NCBI GenBank assembly: GCA_963765495.1
Contig: CAVXWP010000008.1
Span: forward strand, 640,001 to 704,000
Source of the DNA: Blastocatellia bacterium
GTDB taxonomy: Bacteria; Acidobacteriota; Blastocatellia; UBA7656
Length of the DNA stretch: 64,000 bases
Reading direction: 5' to 3'
Shown: piece by piece, positions 61,098 through 64,000 of the stretch
Layout of the letters: every line of letters starts with the position of its first letter
Position numbering within the stretch: the stretch's first letter is position 1
Notes under the pieces: generated by a model
Told to the model about the DNA's origin: nothing
Database searches by the model: none
The model's input: only the letters and a program-made list of their open reading frames with translations
Position numbers and translations under genes: made by a program

Positions 61098-61616
61098 ATG
61101 ATTAAGCGTTGTCGATACTTGATCTTTGTGGTGGTCGCGGTCTGGGCAGTAGCGGCTGCCCAGGATAAACCTCATATTTATAACCTCAATCGTGTAAGCG
61201 ATAAGGTTTGGACTGGCGGCCAGGTCTCTGTAGATGGTCTTGACGATCTGAAGAAGGAAGGCGTAAGAGCCATCATCAACCTGCGTCCGCCAGAGGAATA
61301 TGATGGTCAAAATGAAGAGGCCCGAGCCACGGCTCTAGGGCTGAAGTATTTCAATATCCCTGTGAATTTTCGCGAGCCGAAAGAAGACCAGGCTACCGAA
61401 TTCTTAAAGATCACGGATGACATGAAAAACTATCCCGTCTTTATTCACTGCGCGGTAGGCATCAGGGTTGGAGCGTTCTGGATGATTCGACGGGTGCTGC
61501 GGGACGGTTGGACTATTGAGGCAGCCGAGCAGGAAGCGGCTAAGATAGGCCTGCGTCGCACTCCGCACCTGCGCGAGTTCGCCGTAAACTATATCGAGAG
61601 CCACAGAAAAAAATGA
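61098..61616 (+). CDS. Exported protein tyrosine phosphatase-like / DUF442 (BLH phosphatase-like) protein
   Basis: Signal peptide; GGQ, IINLRP and HCAVGIR (HCxxGxR). Confidence 0.8.
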   Translation: MIKRCRYLIFVVVAVWAVAAAQDKPHIYNLNRVSDKVWTGGQVSVDGLDDLKKEGVRAIINLRPPEEYDGQNEEARATALGLKYFNIPVNFREPKEDQATEFLKITDDMKNYPVFIHCAVGIRVGAFWMIRRVLRDGWTIEAAEQEAAKIGLRRTPHLREFAVNYIESHRKK

Positions 61617-61740
61617 CCTCCGGCATATGCTCGATGGCCTGATCTTAGAGATGGAAGAACCATTGGCCCGGCAGGGACGCAACTCACGGAAGAAGGCTCT
61701 TCGGTTAATCTCGCGTCTTTACCGGGCCAATTATAAATGT

Positions 61741-61998
61741 CTATTTTCTCGCCTGCATCCTGTTATAGAGCAGGTCAAGCTCTTTTTGCAATTGCATGTA
61801 CTCGGCGTTTATGCGCTCGACATCGCGCCGCTTTTTGACTATTGCCGCGTGACTGCCCGTACGAAGGCTTCTTCTTGCCGGCGTCTGGGTCGCTCGCATA
61901 GCTTCACGATACTCTTTCAGCACCCGCTTTACTTCCTCGGCGCGCTCCTTTACCCGGTGCTCCAGTTCGGCCGCGCGCTTTTTCAAGCTCTTTGGCAC
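61741..61998 (-). CDS. Small basic coiled-coil hypothetical protein
   Basis: GGAGAGG RBS with GTG start; heptad-like charged sequence. Confidence 0.55.
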   Translation of the reverse strand: MPKSLKKRAAELEHRVKERAEEVKRVLKEYREAMRATQTPARRSLRTGSHAAIVKKRRDVERINAEYMQLQKELDLLYNRMQARK

Positions 61999-62350
61999 CT
62001 ATAGAATCCTCTCCTGGGGCTAATTCAGGATACCCGGTGAGGCGTCGGGCAGGATGCGACTACAGGCTGAAGTGACACTTTAACTTTCCTGTTGCAACAG
62101 ACTGATAATTTATGGTATTGTGCGTCGCGTGTGAGGATCTCCGCGCCCTGGTTCCACCCACGGCGCGGAAACTCGGTCGATGGTGCGCGGGAAAGAATCA
62201 CTCTGTAGAGCCTGGCCGGCATCAGAGGTTTTCTTATAGGATGCCGCGCACCATTTTTATACTCTGAACGGGTTCCAGGTGTCAACAAATTAAATCTCGA
62301 AAACACCACGTCTCCTGACCCGACTTTGAGCAGGAAGGTAAGTTCTCACA

Positions 62351-62560
62351 GTGTTTTCAGAAGAAGCCCTCTCGCTTATACTCTATGAAGCCGACCGCAT
62401 AATAGGTGATGCGCAACTGTTGCTCGACAAGGCTCTTGTAACAGGGCAGCAGGACCTTGTTGAAGCGGCGCAAAATAACCTCCGGCAAGTGATAGAAAAC
62501 CGGGACCGCCTCAACAGCGTCTTCGCGCTCAGACCCTCTCTTGCCAAAGCAAACGGCTGA
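62351..62560 (+). CDS. Small helical hypothetical protein
   Basis: 69 aa amphipathic sequence; RBS spacing is poor. Confidence 0.4.
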   Translation: MFSEEALSLILYEADRIIGDAQLLLDKALVTGQQDLVEAAQNNLRQVIENRDRLNSVFALRPSLAKANG

Positions 62561-62825
62561 GATAATTCCATAAACAGACCTCTTTGTGGCCGGGAATCAA
62601 ACACCCGAAGATATACCATGCATCAAAACTGCTCATCCGCATCAATTGCCAGGTCTTGATATTTCTTCTTTTAACACCTGCCTTCTTTATGTATTAGCCC
62701 ATTACGGCCCAATCCCGGCTCAGGTACTCGATTGGTACAATGAGTGCATTTCAATCGGTGTTGACGCTTGCCAAAGCTGAAAAAGAGACAGAACACAAAA
62801 TCAAGAATAAACAGAGGTAGAGAAA

Positions 62826-63263
62826 ATGAGGGCTTTGACAACCATTTTTATCCTGATGTGCCTGATAGTTCCAGCACTGGCTGGGAAAGATGATAACCAT
62901 GCGATAGAGGAGACAGGCTCGAAAGCCTGCACGGGTGTGAGCCACGCTCACCAATACAGCGATCTTAGGATTGCCGCCGTCGAGGTTTCAAAAGTGGATG
63001 AATGCGGGTTTAGTTTCGCAGATCTTGAGCAACAGACCGTAGGCCTGGATAATCATCTTGATTTCAGCAGCGATTTCAGAGTTCTTCAGATTGATAAGGG
63101 AGACCAGGGATCGCAAATCATGCAGACTCTCGAAATGAATAAGAAAGTGTTCAAGCGTGGTATTCGAGGGGTCGCCGCATATTGCTCGGCCTGCAAGACG
63201 GTCTTTACCTTCCGTCCATTTGCTCCCGGCGAGGTGACGACTACTTATGCCTCCAATCGATAA
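62826..63263 (+). CDS. Small secreted hypothetical protein with CxxC
   Basis: GAGG RBS; signal peptide ending ALA; YCSACK. Confidence 0.65.
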   Translation: MRALTTIFILMCLIVPALAGKDDNHAIEETGSKACTGVSHAHQYSDLRIAAVEVSKVDECGFSFADLEQQTVGLDNHLDFSSDFRVLQIDKGDQGSQIMQTLEMNKKVFKRGIRGVAAYCSACKTVFTFRPFAPGEVTTTYASNR

Positions 63264-63365
63264 AGACGGGCACGCCCATCGGCTCGGTTTTTGAATAAGC
63301 CGCAAGCCGTTTGAGCTTGCATCCTCTCGCTGGCAACCTATCGGTAAGGTCTCTATAATTTTAGT

Positions 63366-64000
63366 ATGAAAGATGAAGAGACCAGACCAACGCGCATAAT
63401 CATAATCGGTGCCGGATTCGGAGGACTCTACACGACGCTTGAGCTTGAGAAGGTTCTGAAACGTGTGGAGGGAGTTGAAATCTTTCTTCTCAACGATGAG
63501 AACTTTTTTCTATTCACTCCGATGTTGCCGGAGGCAGGCGCAAGCAGTTTAGGAACCCGCCACATTGTAAGCCCTCTGCGTAAATTGCTAAAGCGGGCTC
63601 ATTTTGCCGAGGTTGCAATCGAGGACATAGATTTCGATTCGCAGGTGGTTTATGCCCGTCATTCGTTGACCGGGCAGACTCGGAAATTTGATTACGACCG
63701 GCTCGTAATCACTCTCGGCGGCGTGACCAATTACTTCAATATCCCCGGCGCAAAAGAGTATTCCCACCCGTTCAAATCCCTCGGCGATGCTATCTATATC
63801 CGCAATCACACGATTGACAAGCTGGAAGAAGCGGCGGTCGAACCCGAGCGAGCCCGTGAACTGCTCACATTCGTAATCGTCGGCGGCGGGCTTACCGGCG
63901 TAGAGGTGGCGGGAGCCTTAAACGACTTTGTGCGGGAGGCGGCTAAATTTTATCCTGAAATAGACCGCAGCCTGATTCGCGTGATGCTGATCGAAGCCCT
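63366..64000 (+). CDS. ndh: Type II NADH dehydrogenase-like FAD oxidoreductase (partial)
   Basis: Hand translation: MKDEETRPTRIIIIGAGFGGL..FLFTPMLPE..YDRLVI..TFVIVGGGLTGVEVAG; runs off the right edge. Confidence 0.88.
   Translation, partial: MKDEETRPTRIIIIGAGFGGLYTTLELEKVLKRVEGVEIFLLNDENFFLFTPMLPEAGASSLGTRHIVSPLRKLLKRAHFAEVAIEDIDFDSQVVYARHSLTGQTRKFDYDRLVITLGGVTNYFNIPGAKEYSHPFKSLGDAIYIRNHTIDKLEEAAVEPERARELLTFVIVGGGLTGVEVAGALNDFVREAAKFYPEIDRSLIRVMLIEA

Overview
A 64 kb bacterial chromosomal segment. It is most likely from an Acidobacterium, inferred from the PadR + duplicated orphan permease pair, the Oar-like TonB-dependent receptor and the CRTAC1/multiheme-TPR pair. It is gene dense and largely housekeeping or metabolic: M16 peptidase pair, glutamate dehydrogenase, murJ, lysS-lolC/E-lolD-clpC-crcB, a YbhG/F/S/R-type ABC exporter, sulfatase, aldo/keto reductase and NDH-2. 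There is one frameshifted IS5-like transposase and several REP-like palindromes and heptamer arrays. No rRNA, tRNA or CRISPR array was seen. Two regions stand out. (1) 3989-7911 is a cassette with a Cys-bracketed HTH gene, a DsbA-like oxidase and two paralogous secreted proteins I cannot assign to a family; only the second carries an 11-cysteine C-terminal domain. (2) 49232-57899 is a porin-cytochrome locus: ResB, an enlarged CcsA, a decaheme MtrA/DmsE-type cytochrome, a beta-barrel, a pentaheme cytochrome with an extra CX8CH motif, and an orphan MsrQ-like protein. All calls come from reading motifs by eye. No searches were run and start codons are best guesses.
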